64,000 nucleotides of DNA from Paraspadella gotoi (Eukaryota; Animalia; Chaetognatha): positions 9,042,721 to 9,106,720 of the forward strand of contig CM119268.1 of assembly GCA_051294375.1 (NCBI GenBank), written 5' to 3'. Below the pieces are notes generated by a model, which saw only the letters and a program-made list of their open reading frames with translations, did no database searches and had not been told where the DNA came from. Each line of letters starts with the position of its first letter. Position 1 is the stretch's first letter. The position numbers were made by a program, and so were the translations under genes. Below, piece after piece: positions 50,776-61,327 of this stretch.

Positions 50776-51023
50776 TCGAGTGAGTGAGACGGAGAGAGAA
50801 GGAGACATAAGAATAACATAGAGGATATTTGTTTGTTTTGATAAAATGTAAACCAAACATATTTAATAACTGTCCTAACCAATTTTAAGGACATCGATGA
50901 TGATAAGTTGAATATAATTTAAAATTAATTATTACATATTAAATTAATAATTAATTAATCATTATTAATTAATTAATTAATTATCGTAGGCAGATCCGCA
51001 TTGTGGGTTGCTCAAACTTGTTT
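48259..51023 (+). mobile_element. Full-length ~2.8-kb HINE with internal tandem repeats
   Basis: 5' T-run plus GATCTGCT-TATC-AGCAG hairpin, (GTCC)n, several ~120-130-bp internal units, a 19-20-bp GTTGACCAAATTATG minisatellite (49022-49295), and 3' GCAGATC..GTTGCTCAAACTTGTT. Confidence 0.85.
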
Positions 51024-51878
51024 CTTTACTCAATCGACAGGTCTTTGCGGAAAAATTTTTGCGAAAAAATCGGTCTATTTTTTAAAATCTGCTAGGCAAC
51101 AAATTTTGATAAATCATACGCTACCCCAAGATTTTAAGATTTTTACATCCATATGATATAAATCCAAAAATGGATGAGAATTAAAAAAAGATAAGAGAAG
51201 AGAGGCATAGGGTGAAAAAAAAATTTGCAGGGAGAGAGAGATAGATTGGAAAGAAATCTAAATATAGAGGGAGAAGGGGGGAGAACGAAAACAATTAAGA
51301 GAAAAGAAAAGATAAGCAAATAGGAGAAAGAGAATTAGAGAGGAGAGAAAGCAGAGTAGGAAGGAAGGGAAATAAAGGTAAACGGGAAGAAAAGAAGGGA
51401 TGACACAGAGAAATGTATTGAGACAGAAAGTCGGAGAAAGGGAGAGAAGACAGAGAAAGAGAAAAAAGAGAGGGCAAAAGAGAGGGATCAAGAGAACATC
51501 AAGAAAATAGTAAAAAAAATTGGAAAAATAGTTCTAAATATAGCGTGCCATTGCCTAAACTGTAGTATATCTAAAAAACGATCTGACGAGTAATTTAATC
51601 TTTAGAAAGTTTCCTTACCATGAAAATTCGTTTTAGTTTCAATAATTAGGGCAGATACCATAATTAGAATGATTAAGGTAAAGAAATTATATAAATACCG
51701 TATTATTGAAAGCATAAGAAATTCACCAGTAAGTTCTATGTTATAAAGGAGAAATATCTATAGCCAACCTTTTTTTTAAATAAAGCGTATTTTATATTAA
51801 TCAGTGGAAAGAAAAGAAATAATAGTTATATAAGTTCAATTTTATTGTTGAAATACTCGAATAGAAATAACTGCCATA

Positions 51879-52149
51879 TGTAGTCGGGCTATTGCCTAGG
51901 TACACCCCCGCATATAAACGATTCTATTCTAATACTTAAATCATAATGCAGTGGTTCATTGAGTAAAGGCCGTCAGCTTGTAATCACTAGGCACCGGGTT
52001 CAATCCTAACCCTGTACCTACCCTGAGGGAAAGATGAGGACGGCCATAAACGCCCTTGGCGTAGAAAACCCTGCAAGCTGGTTCAAAGCCTATGACCGTT
52101 GCATGGCTGTTAGAAGGGGGTTTAGAAAGTTGCGTATATGACACTTCAG
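51879..52149 (+). mobile_element. tRNA-headed SINE-like element with twister-like module and conserved upstream block plus TATA
   Basis: A-box-like TGGTTCATTGAG and B-box GGGTTCAATCC (51996-52006); alignable over its length to the reverse complement of 56130-56390. Confidence 0.75.
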
Positions 52150-52239
52150 TAGGGTTCGAGCGAATGGAACAATGTGTGTTTGTATATGTATAAAAAAATA
52201 TTTTATATTTTTTTATTACAATATCATAAATTGAATTTT

Positions 52240-53115
52240 CTTTATAATAATATCCTTATAAAATCATTAAATTTCAAAATCCTATTTTTTAAATTTAAGA
52301 ACAGATTCGGGTTGCCGAAAAAATAATGATTAAAAAGTTTTATCATATAATAGTTTCCTATTACAAATAGTGAAATGTAAAGAATTTTGACTTTTTTTCC
52401 ATTTTGATGCTGAAAACATAAAACATAAAGAATAAGGCATAAGAGAAAGTTACGTACAAAAAATTCTAAAGTCAATTATGAACAACATATCATCAGTAAA
52501 CATTATTTGTAAAAAAATTAATTTATGTTTTTTTATTTTCGCAGTAGGTCTATATTATATATAGTACATCCTTATAAAATTGAAAAATTTTAAAATAGGC
52601 TTTCTTATTTGATTTGCAGATTGAATTCTCCCGTCCAAAAAGTTGATAAAAGAAAATATAAATCATTTTTAAAAATTCTTTCATTAATGAGTTAAAAATT
52701 TAAAAAACTATATTTAATATAATAAAAAATTATATTCAGCTTAAAATATAGTTTTTCTAATTTTGACCCACTTAATGAACGAATTCTTTCAAAAAGAGTT
52801 ATAATTTCTTTTTTATCAACTTTTTATGACAAATCTGAAATTCAGCAAAAAATCTTTAAAAAACTGTTTTGAAATTTTTAACATGTGGTTTAGTACTAGT
52901 ATAGAATAGGGCCTACGTCGTAATTGTAAAACTTATTATTATTATTTTAATATATAATGTCATTAGTATAATGTTGTTCGTTCCTCACTTTTAGAATTTT
53001 AATTAAAGTTAAATTTAGAAATTTTACTACGCCTTATAAAAGATCAGAATATTTAATAAAGTTTTACAAACAATTATTGGAAACTATTATATTTATAAGG
53101 GATATTACTATATAA
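52240..53115. mobile_element. Degenerate foldback/MITE-like palindrome centred near 52725
   Basis: Nested inverted matches, e.g. AAAAACTATATTT/AAATATAGTTTTT, AAAAGTTGATAAAA/TTTTATCAACTTTT, ATAATAGTTTCC/GGAAACTATTAT. Confidence 0.7.
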
Positions 53116-54540
53116 TATATTATAATGAATGAAACTGTTCCCCAAACAATATAAGCAAATATTTTTTTTAAACTTAATCATACTACCTCGAGTTTAAGTA
53201 TACTTGTTTGTTTACTCAAATAAATTTATGTTCCGCAGTCCTCACTCGTACTCTTCAGCTACTTACGCGCCATATCCACATATATTATATAGCTCATAAG
53301 AAATTTTTGTTTATTTTTCTTTCAGATCGGCAATCGATCCTTCTCGGAAGGCCATTCGAGTTCATTCAATGTCGAAAGGGAAACTTACAAACAAATTGAA
53401 AAAGTTTTAGAAAATTTATCATTCTCTGATGGTTAATAAAGTTCTTTCCAGTTTTGTCTCGACCGACGGTTTTGGAAATTCAGGCGTTGCAGCCTCGTAA
53501 GAATTAGAAGAATCAGGCACTGCGTCTTGAATGCAAGACTGACGTTGGCGATCTGGACAGAATATTTATAATTTTGTAAAAGGAAAAGTCCGGGTAATTC
53601 ATAGGAAATAAAAATAATGTATAGTTAAAAGAGAGATAATTCCTTATTTGTATTGTAGGCGAAAATTCAACATTTTTTCTAATAGAGATTTCCGTTCGAA
53701 TCTGACTGCCCCAACTTTACAAACGACCTGCAAAGAAATTCCGGGTAGAAACAGTGTAAAAACACACGATTCCGACAGCTTTGCATCTCAAGAGCTCGTT
53801 CCTTTCTTTTTGTGCATTTGATAAAGATTTACTATCAAACAAGCCAGAGTAAATGGACTACTTGTGTCCGGAGGATTTTCATACCTCATTTTTTTACTAT
53901 ATAAATGAAAGGGAAATTTCACTTTTTTAAAATTATAACGGATACGGTATGTAGCATTATAAATGACACTTCAAATTTTGAGATTCCAAAACCTTGGTGT
54001 CCTAAAGCTCGTTCTATTTTTCTTTTTCATTATGACAATTTTTTTTATATTAAACTCAACATGAAAAAGTGATTAGTCAGTTTTATCGGAAATTTTTATT
54101 TAAAAAGAAATAAAAGAAAGTTGAGAGAAAAAACTTAGCTTTTCCTATATCTTTTGAAGGAACAAGGATAAAGGGATGGCAATAGTACCAAAATGAAGCC
54201 ATAATCATAGGGACATACATAATACAATTTAGAATTACTTTTGCTGAAACCACCTTCAGGCGTGAGTGTCAAACTCAGTCAAAATTATAATGAATTTTAA
54301 AACTATTGACTATTTAACCTATTTAAAAACTTAAATAATAAATTAAAAATGGATGAATGACAGGTCTATAATTCTGAAGCTTTTACACGGATTTCAAGAG
54401 GGAGTTAAATGATAATGATCAAATACTGTGGCTAAATTATCTGATTATCAGATTATCAGATTTTGCACCCTGGTAAAAAGAGCTGACGTTTTTTTTTTAT
54501 TTTTCCAACTGCCCAGTAGTCCAGCGCTTGCCTACTTTCG

Positions 54541-54805
54541 TTTTAGTTATGTGCTCATCAATGACATGATCCCGACTCTATTAATCCACTTTGTCAGTCC
54601 GTCGGTCCGCGCCCTCCATTATATCAGTTGACCAAATTATGCCAGTTGATCAAATAAGTGCAAGTTGAATCAAATTAGTGCAAGTTGACTAAATTAATGC
54701 AAGTTGACTAAATAAGCAATTTAACTAAATATGCAAGTTGACTAAATTATGCAAGTTGACAAAATTATGCAAATTACAAATTATGCAAAATTAGCAAATT
54801 ATTCA
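54541..54805 (+). mobile_element. HINE variant with GTTGAC(C/T)AAATTATGCAA minisatellite
   Basis: TTTTAG..GATCCCGACTCTAT..CACTTTGTCAGTCCGTCGG, then about 8 minisatellite units. Confidence 0.65.
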
Positions 54806-55082
54806 TGTTGGCATGCGAGCTACTGTAGGGAAGTCTGCGTAAGCGTCCGTGTCAAGTTGGTATAAAAACATTGATTTTCTTTGATATCTTTTGAACCCAA
54901 AATGATAGAACGATGAGACTGGTATCATATTAAAGCATATTATGGGCCATCTTTTCCATATAATTTTTAAAAATGTTTCTAAGGATTTTTTAAAATCTTG
55001 ATCGGAATCTTAGTCAAAAGTATTAACAACTGTTTGAAATTAATAAACACACTTGGCCACATTTAAAAAAAATAAATAAATA

Positions 55083-55245
55083 TAGATTCCATCGAAACTT
55101 CATATCCAGCTCAATCACAACACTTCCCTACCAGCACACAAAAATTTCATTCCAATCCATCCGATCCAATCATGAGTAATTGGTGTTTTTTGCTAAAGTG
55201 GGACGGACGGACGGACGGACGGACGGACATCGTTTTTTTTTGATA
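55083..55245 (-). mobile_element. HINE fragment
   Basis: (GGAC)n plus one internal repeat unit in reverse orientation. Confidence 0.75.
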
Positions 55246-55249
55246 TTTA

Positions 55250-55600
55250 TCAGAGACAGTTGAGTTTAGTTTGACAACGATTTTTATTTAATTCAAAAAC
55301 AGACATGTTTCGGCTTCAATTTCAAGCTTTCATACAGCTTTAGTGAACTTTGAAAATATTTTTGTGTAAAGGAAGAGAGAAAGAGAGATAAACAGAGAGA
55401 GAGAGAGAGAGGCAAAATTTCCAACACAGAGTTTAGAAAGGACAGTGGTCAATTGGTGAGGAGAGGCTGAGTTGAGAAAAGACAGAGTAAGTTGTGAAAA
55501 GAAGTGAAATGGTGAAAAGAGGGGGGGGTGAGGAGAGAGGAAGAGAGAGAGAGGAGAAAACAGTGCAAAATCTTTACATTGTGTAATGTATAACAATAAG
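55250..55600 (-). mobile_element. Penelope pLTR-like unit with hammerhead core at 55337-55302
   Basis: Minus strand reads CTG(T)ATGA-A-AGCTT-gaaattg-AAGCC-GAAA-CATG-TC, then TGTTTTT..AATAAA; palindromic ACATGT helix III. Confidence 0.72.
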
Positions 55601-56042
55601 AAAAAATTAAACTGATGGCAATATTAGTGAAATATAACAATTAATGCTACTTAATAATTAGTGAGAATGAAACAGAAATTGAAATTGAAAAGGACTCTCT
55701 CTCTCTCTCTCTCCTATTTTTTTCTGTTTCCGTTCTCTTTCTCTTTCCGGTTCAACCCTTCACAACAGATTTTTTTAAAAATTTTTATGTTTATTTTTTT
55801 TTCCTTCGTAAATTTTTCTTTTCTAGTTAATACTGTATTTATTAATTTTTTCCTCGTCTTTCTCCACCTCATTCCTTCGGCCGTTTCCTTTCCTTTCCAT
55901 TCCCTTTCTTTCCTCTCTCTCTATTCCCCCCTCCCATCTCATCCTCCCCCCATCGTCTCCCTCTCCATCGTTTTGCCGACGTTTTTAGGTAATTGGTTTA
56001 TCTCGGAATGCAGTCCGCAAATGGATCGTCGTCTTGGGCGTG

Positions 56043-56090
<48 letters not shown>

Positions 56091-56129
56091 AGTTAATGAA
56101 GGGAGATGTGGATAAGGCGCTAAGTGGGG

Positions 56130-56390
56130 CTGAAGAGTGCTATCCGCAACTTCTTTAACCCCCTTTAGCAGCCATGGAACGGGTCCTGGGCTTGGAACCA
56201 GACTTGAGGGTTTTTCAAAACCCCTCAAGGCGGCTTACGGCCGTCCTCACGCTTCCCGCAGGGTAGGTACCGGGTTGGGATTGAACCCAGTACCTAGTGG
56301 TCATGAGCTGATTTACTAAATGAGCCACCGGGTCACAACTGAAGGTGTCATGCTTATAGGAGGGGTGAACCAAGGCAGTGCCCGACTACA
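56130..56390 (-). mobile_element. tRNA-headed SINE-like element with twister-like module (best preserved copy)
   Basis: Minus strand: TGTAGTCGGGC..CACCCC..TATAA, head TGGCTCATTTAG/GGGTTCAATCCC, then TAA-GCCGCC-[TTGAGGG/CCCTCAA]-G-TCTGG-TTCCAAGC-CCAGG. Confidence 0.78.
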
Positions 56391-57749
56391 GAGTGGAAGA
56401 GAAGTCGAGAAGGGGGAGGAGATGAAGAGAAGATGAGTTGAGATGAGTTGCGAAGATTAGATGAGATAAAGAGATAATAATGACATATGATATCTAATAT
56501 GAAAATTTGCAAATTACTTGTTATCTTATTAGAAACCTAGGGCAGGAAGTAACTTTTAACCTTGATGATCCCTCTATTATAAAAGAACATAACATAACAT
56601 AAAGAACAAACGTAAGAAAGATTATAAAAGAATTGATAATTAAATCTAATACATATTGAAATATATCAAACTTTCATTCATTCATTTAAAAATTTAATGT
56701 TATTTAGTCTAATATTGTAAAACGAGTAATCTTGCAATTTTTCATATAAGAAGAGAAGATGGTAAGCGAAAGAGGCCGAAATGAGTAGTTGAAAAAATGA
56801 GAAGATGAGTAAAAGAGATGATGAGCGGACCAGACGGGAAATGAAGAGTTGAAGATGAAGAAATAATGGAAATGAGGAGATGAGAAATTGAGGTGATTCA
56901 GACCAATAAACAGGATAAGCTGGGTCTCATTGGGTGAGGACGTCCAGGGATAATTAAATAAATATTCTTATGATATTATTATGTTATAATATTAAACGAA
57001 TTGTTTAGACTTGTTGAGTGATCAATCGATATTATAATGACTCAGAGAACCCGAGACGAGTTAGCATATATCAGAAAATTATTTCGTATTTAACTTATTT
57101 CTTGTTTTATAACATTTCATATCGACGACTCTCCCCGCGATCTAATTTTTCTTAACCTTCCTTTCGTTCTCCGTATAAGTCGTCTTCAACCACGTGAGCG
57201 TCGTCGTCGTCGTTGTCGTCGTCGTTGTCGTCTCACGTTTCTTCCTGCGATGAGTTTCGGGTGATATCACGTTATCCTTTAACCACGTCTCCACCTTCTC
57301 TGCCCCCTCCAAAAGAAGGCATTTGAGGAGCGAAGAAATAAAAGAGAAGAGAGAAAAAGAAAAGCAAAGGAGGTTTAAAAAGAGTAGAAAAGGATGAAAG
57401 AAAAGAGAGAAAAAAGAAAAGCAAATTTCTAATTTTCTTTATCTTTTAGGTTTTCAATTTTCGACGCCATTTTTTCTTCTTTTTTTTTTTACCTTTTTAA
57501 TTTTGCTCTTCGTTGCGACAAAGTCGATAATTTTAGCCGGCTTCCTCTTATTGACTTCGCATAATTACCGCGCATCATTGCATTATTCGGCATGCCATGC
57601 ATTGCATTCCTTGCTACTATTTATCTCTTTGCTTTTAGAACCAAATTTTTTTTTTTCAATCCCGCTTCCATTTTCTTTCATTTTTTTTCGTCCTGAACTT
57701 TTTCGAAATTCGCCTCGCGTTTTTTATTGACTGTATCTCTCTTCTCTCT

Positions 57750-57783
<34 letters not shown>

Positions 57784-58213
57784 CTCTCTCTCTCTCCTCT
57801 CTCTTCTCTCTCTCTCTCTCTCTCTCGGTCTCTCTCTCTCTTCTCTCTCTCTCTCTCTGCTCTCTCTCTCCTCTCTCTCTCTCTTCTCTTTCAATTATCT
57901 CCCGGTTTCTTTCTATTTTCTTCTTTCCAAAACGAGACTGGCGCATTTTTTATTTATTTTTTTAGTCCGGATTTAGTAAGAAAAAAATTTTCTACTTTTT
58001 CTTTCTCTCTTTTTTTTTCAATATTTTTATTCTCTTTTTTTTTTTTTTTCGTCGTTTTCTTTTTCCAATTTTTTTCCTCATTTTCTGGCAGAAATAAAAT
58101 GATTCGCTCGAAATTCGGAAACTCATTTAACTTTAATCAAGAAAATCGTCAAAAAAAAAAATGAGGAGAAAGGAGAAAGATGGAGGAAAAAAACTCGTCT
58201 CATCCGTCTCTCT

Positions 58214-58274
<61 letters not shown>

Positions 58275-58428
58275 CTTGAAGTTCCCTTCATGATTTTGAA
58301 TGAAATTAAGAATGAGGATTGAAAGTCCGAAGAAAAAAAAAGGAGAGAAAACTGTCGACCTGAATATAAATCCTTCGTAATTTGTTGCTTTTACTCTCCA
58401 TTTCGGTCATGACCCCAGGAAACCGGAC

Positions 58429-58469
<41 letters not shown>

Positions 58470-59531
58470 CATCTCTCTCTCTCTTCTCTCTCTCCTCTCC
58501 TCTCTCCTTTTTTTTCCTTTTCTCCTTTTCTTTTAATTCCTCCCTTTCCTTTCTTCTTTTCCCTTCTCTTTCTCCATCATTCTTAAATCAAAACTTAAAA
58601 TTTAATCAAAATCTTTGATTCCTTTTTTCTTTCATTTTTCGAATTTACAATTGACGCAATTAAATATGGGGAAATCAAGGTAAGATAATTTTAGACTGTT
58701 TTAAATTTGTCCGTTTGTTTTCTTCAAATCGTACTAATATTGTATTACCGAATTAAGTTGATCTTTAACTTTAAGTTTTAACTATCGGTGGCCGTGACGT
58801 TCTTATAAGGTAACCCGCGCCATCTGCCATGCAATCATTGCAGCTTTCAAGGCGGTTTTTTTTTTTCGTTTGATCAGAGCAGAATTTCGAATCATGCTAT
58901 GGGACGGGTAATGTATAATGTATAATATATAATGTGTACAATTGAACCGTGGACCTCGCTGCCGATGGCGATGGAACGAAAGTGTCTCAGCGCCAAAGTG
59001 AAAACGGAATGGAATAAAGAAGGCGAGCGGCGAAAGAGTAGGACGGCGCCTTTGGGAAAGGNNNNNNNNNNNNNNNNNNNNNNNNNNNNNNNNNNNNNNN
59101 NNNNNNNNNNNNNNNNNNNNNNNNNNNNNNNNNNNNNNNNNNNNNNNNNNNNNNNNNNNNNNNNNNNNNNNNNNNNNNNNCTACTCCATCCTCTAATCGT
59201 CTCACTCTCTCTCGGATATAAAAAAGTCCTCTACTTGATTCTTTTCCCGTTCGATAAAAAACGGGGTGAGATTTCCGTCCTCTTAACTCTCATCTCCTCT
59301 CTCTCTCTTCGTCTCTCTTCTCGTCTCGTCTCATCTCTCCTCGAAGAGAGAGAGAGAGAGAGAGAGAGAGTGAAAAGCGAGACAGAGAGAGAGATAGACG
59401 GAGACAGAGAGCAAATGCGTTTTATGTGGAGACGAGAGAATGAAAAGAGGCGAGAAGGAAAAGATCACTTTCTCAAAGGGATTCGATCAACCAGAGTGAA
59501 GGAGTTCAATCCAAGCGACTCTCTGAGACAA

Positions 59532-59732
59532 TCTCCATTTAAATCCGGGGGTGCGACATTCACAAACAGTTTTCATTTACATCCGGAGTTTTGATTTAAT
59601 AGATGAACCTAAGTTACATCCGGGGATTAGGATTCTACTTGGGGTCTTCATTTACATTCGAGGTGGTGAAATCAACCGAGTCTTCATTAGCATACGGGAT
59701 TCGAACAACTTTGGTTACGTACGGGGATTTGG
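59532..59732. repeat. Degenerate ~37-bp-period array: conserved core TTCATTTACATCCGGGG with divergent spacers
   Basis: Core anchors at 59543, 59581, 59618, 59656, 59692 and 59719. Confidence 0.65.
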
Positions 59733-59991
59733 TTTTCTCAGACTATCTCAATCCCAAATCTCCGTCACGCCATTTGAATGATTGAAGTCGTCTTTTCCCA
59801 TTCAATTCCGTCAATTCACGATTTAACTTCAGTTCGTCGATTTCCATTTTGGACGAGAGAAGCGAATCCAATATAACCATCGCTGCCTTCCTTCTTGCGG
59901 TCCGGAGCAATTTTAAGGGTGAAGTGACGAGAGAACGTCGTTGTTCCAAACGGCGCTCCTTTTTTTTTATTAAAACCGCTCTCTCTCTCTA

Positions 59992-60055
<64 letters not shown>

Positions 60056-60572
60056 CGCCCTGCCCAAATCACGCGCTTTGTGACTATTTCCTCGTAATCA
60101 CGCCCTCGTGCCTCTTATTTTATTGCTTCTCTATTTTCTTTCTTTTTTTTTTTCTTCTTCTTTTTCTCTCTTATTTTTTTTTTTCACGTCATCGATCCAT
60201 TTTTATCATCAACGGCGGCGGGGGCAGAGGGGCGGCGGCAGGCCGAGGGGGCACGGCGGCGCCCGACCGGCTCTAGGGCGGCCACCGGTCTCGGCGCCGG
60301 CGGCTGTTAAGCGGCGCGGCGGCCGGGCCTTCGTTAAAAAACCGCCATTTGTAAACAATTGCCGCCTTGCCGCAAAAAGCCGCGAGGCGTTCAGTTTGTT
60401 TTTGTGTTTCTTTTTTTTCTTTCTTTTTTTTTCAGTTTTTTGTTGTTTTCCCCTTCCTAGGAGAGAGAGAAGAGGACAGACAGAGAGAATTGAGAGAGAG
60501 AGAGGAGAGAGAGAGAGAGAAAGAGAAAGAGAAAGAGAAGAGAGAGAGAGAGAGAGAGATGAGAATAGAGAA

Positions 60573-60606
<34 letters not shown>

Positions 60607-61275
60607 CGAGAGAGAGAGGATGAGAGAGAGACTCTTGCAGGGCAACAAAGGGGGGGAGGGGTAGGCGGCGATGTTGTTGTTTGTTGATGGTTCTTTTGTT
60701 CTTTGTTGGTGGCGTGAGCCTCCGGACATCATCGTCGTCGTTGAGGTAGTCAGTGTTACTGGAGATTTTTTTTTGGCCGCTGGGTGTCGCTGCTAATGAT
60801 GATTGGGCGTCGGTCGTCGTCCGTCGTCGTTTTCGTCGTCGAAGTTGTCGTATTTTAAAGCTAGAATTTGGATTATACGTTAAAATGCCTCTATATCTTT
60901 AGTTAATCTCGACTCTAATCCTTTTTACTCGGTAAGAAATTCAAGTTGAATAAGCCTTATTACGTCATGGTCCTATAAAATGGAAAGTCAAACGTTCTTC
61001 CGAAGTGTCCCACTACGGCACAGCGGTGTACTCGCGTTAAAAATAGTTATCATCTTAATTAGTTTCCTTTATCAAACTAACATTAGGTCAAACATACCTG
61101 CAGAAATATATAACATAGATCCTGACATCAACTAAAAAAATTCGCCTCCGAAAAAATAGAACCAGAAAAAAAACCAGAAAACGGAATCTGAGAGCGAAAT
61201 GGAAAACATGAGTCTTACAAACTTTTTCTAATTTCCTTCTTTTTCCGATATATTGGGGTTTTTTTTCTAGCGGAA

Positions 61276-61327
<52 letters not shown>

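Noticed and set aside
51583-51612. CTGACGA...GAAA as another hammerhead (also CTGATGA near 16628 and the minus-strand match near 43860)
   Set aside because: No stem II or stem III pairing.
51945-52018. Functional tRNA gene (also 56265-56334)
   Set aside because: A and B boxes are present but I cannot build a complete cloverleaf, and it continues into a shared SINE-like body.
53690-53860. PHD-finger-like 'LLRCKxCRNRVFLHC' on the minus strand
   Set aside because: Needs a frameshift, lacks the His at the expected position and lacks the other Cys pairs.
54140-54243. Hydrophobic minus-strand exon candidate
   Set aside because: Two frames are open by chance, the donor is non-canonical, and there is no link to other exons.
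59532-59732. CRISPR array
   Set aside because: Repeats are short and degenerate, there is no leader or cas gene, and the context is eukaryotic; kept only as a motif array.
21-60732. Dozens of SLSLS/ERERE/FFLSF ORFs and ORFs spanning N runs
   Set aside because: Translations of microsatellites or gaps; no coding complexity or splice support.
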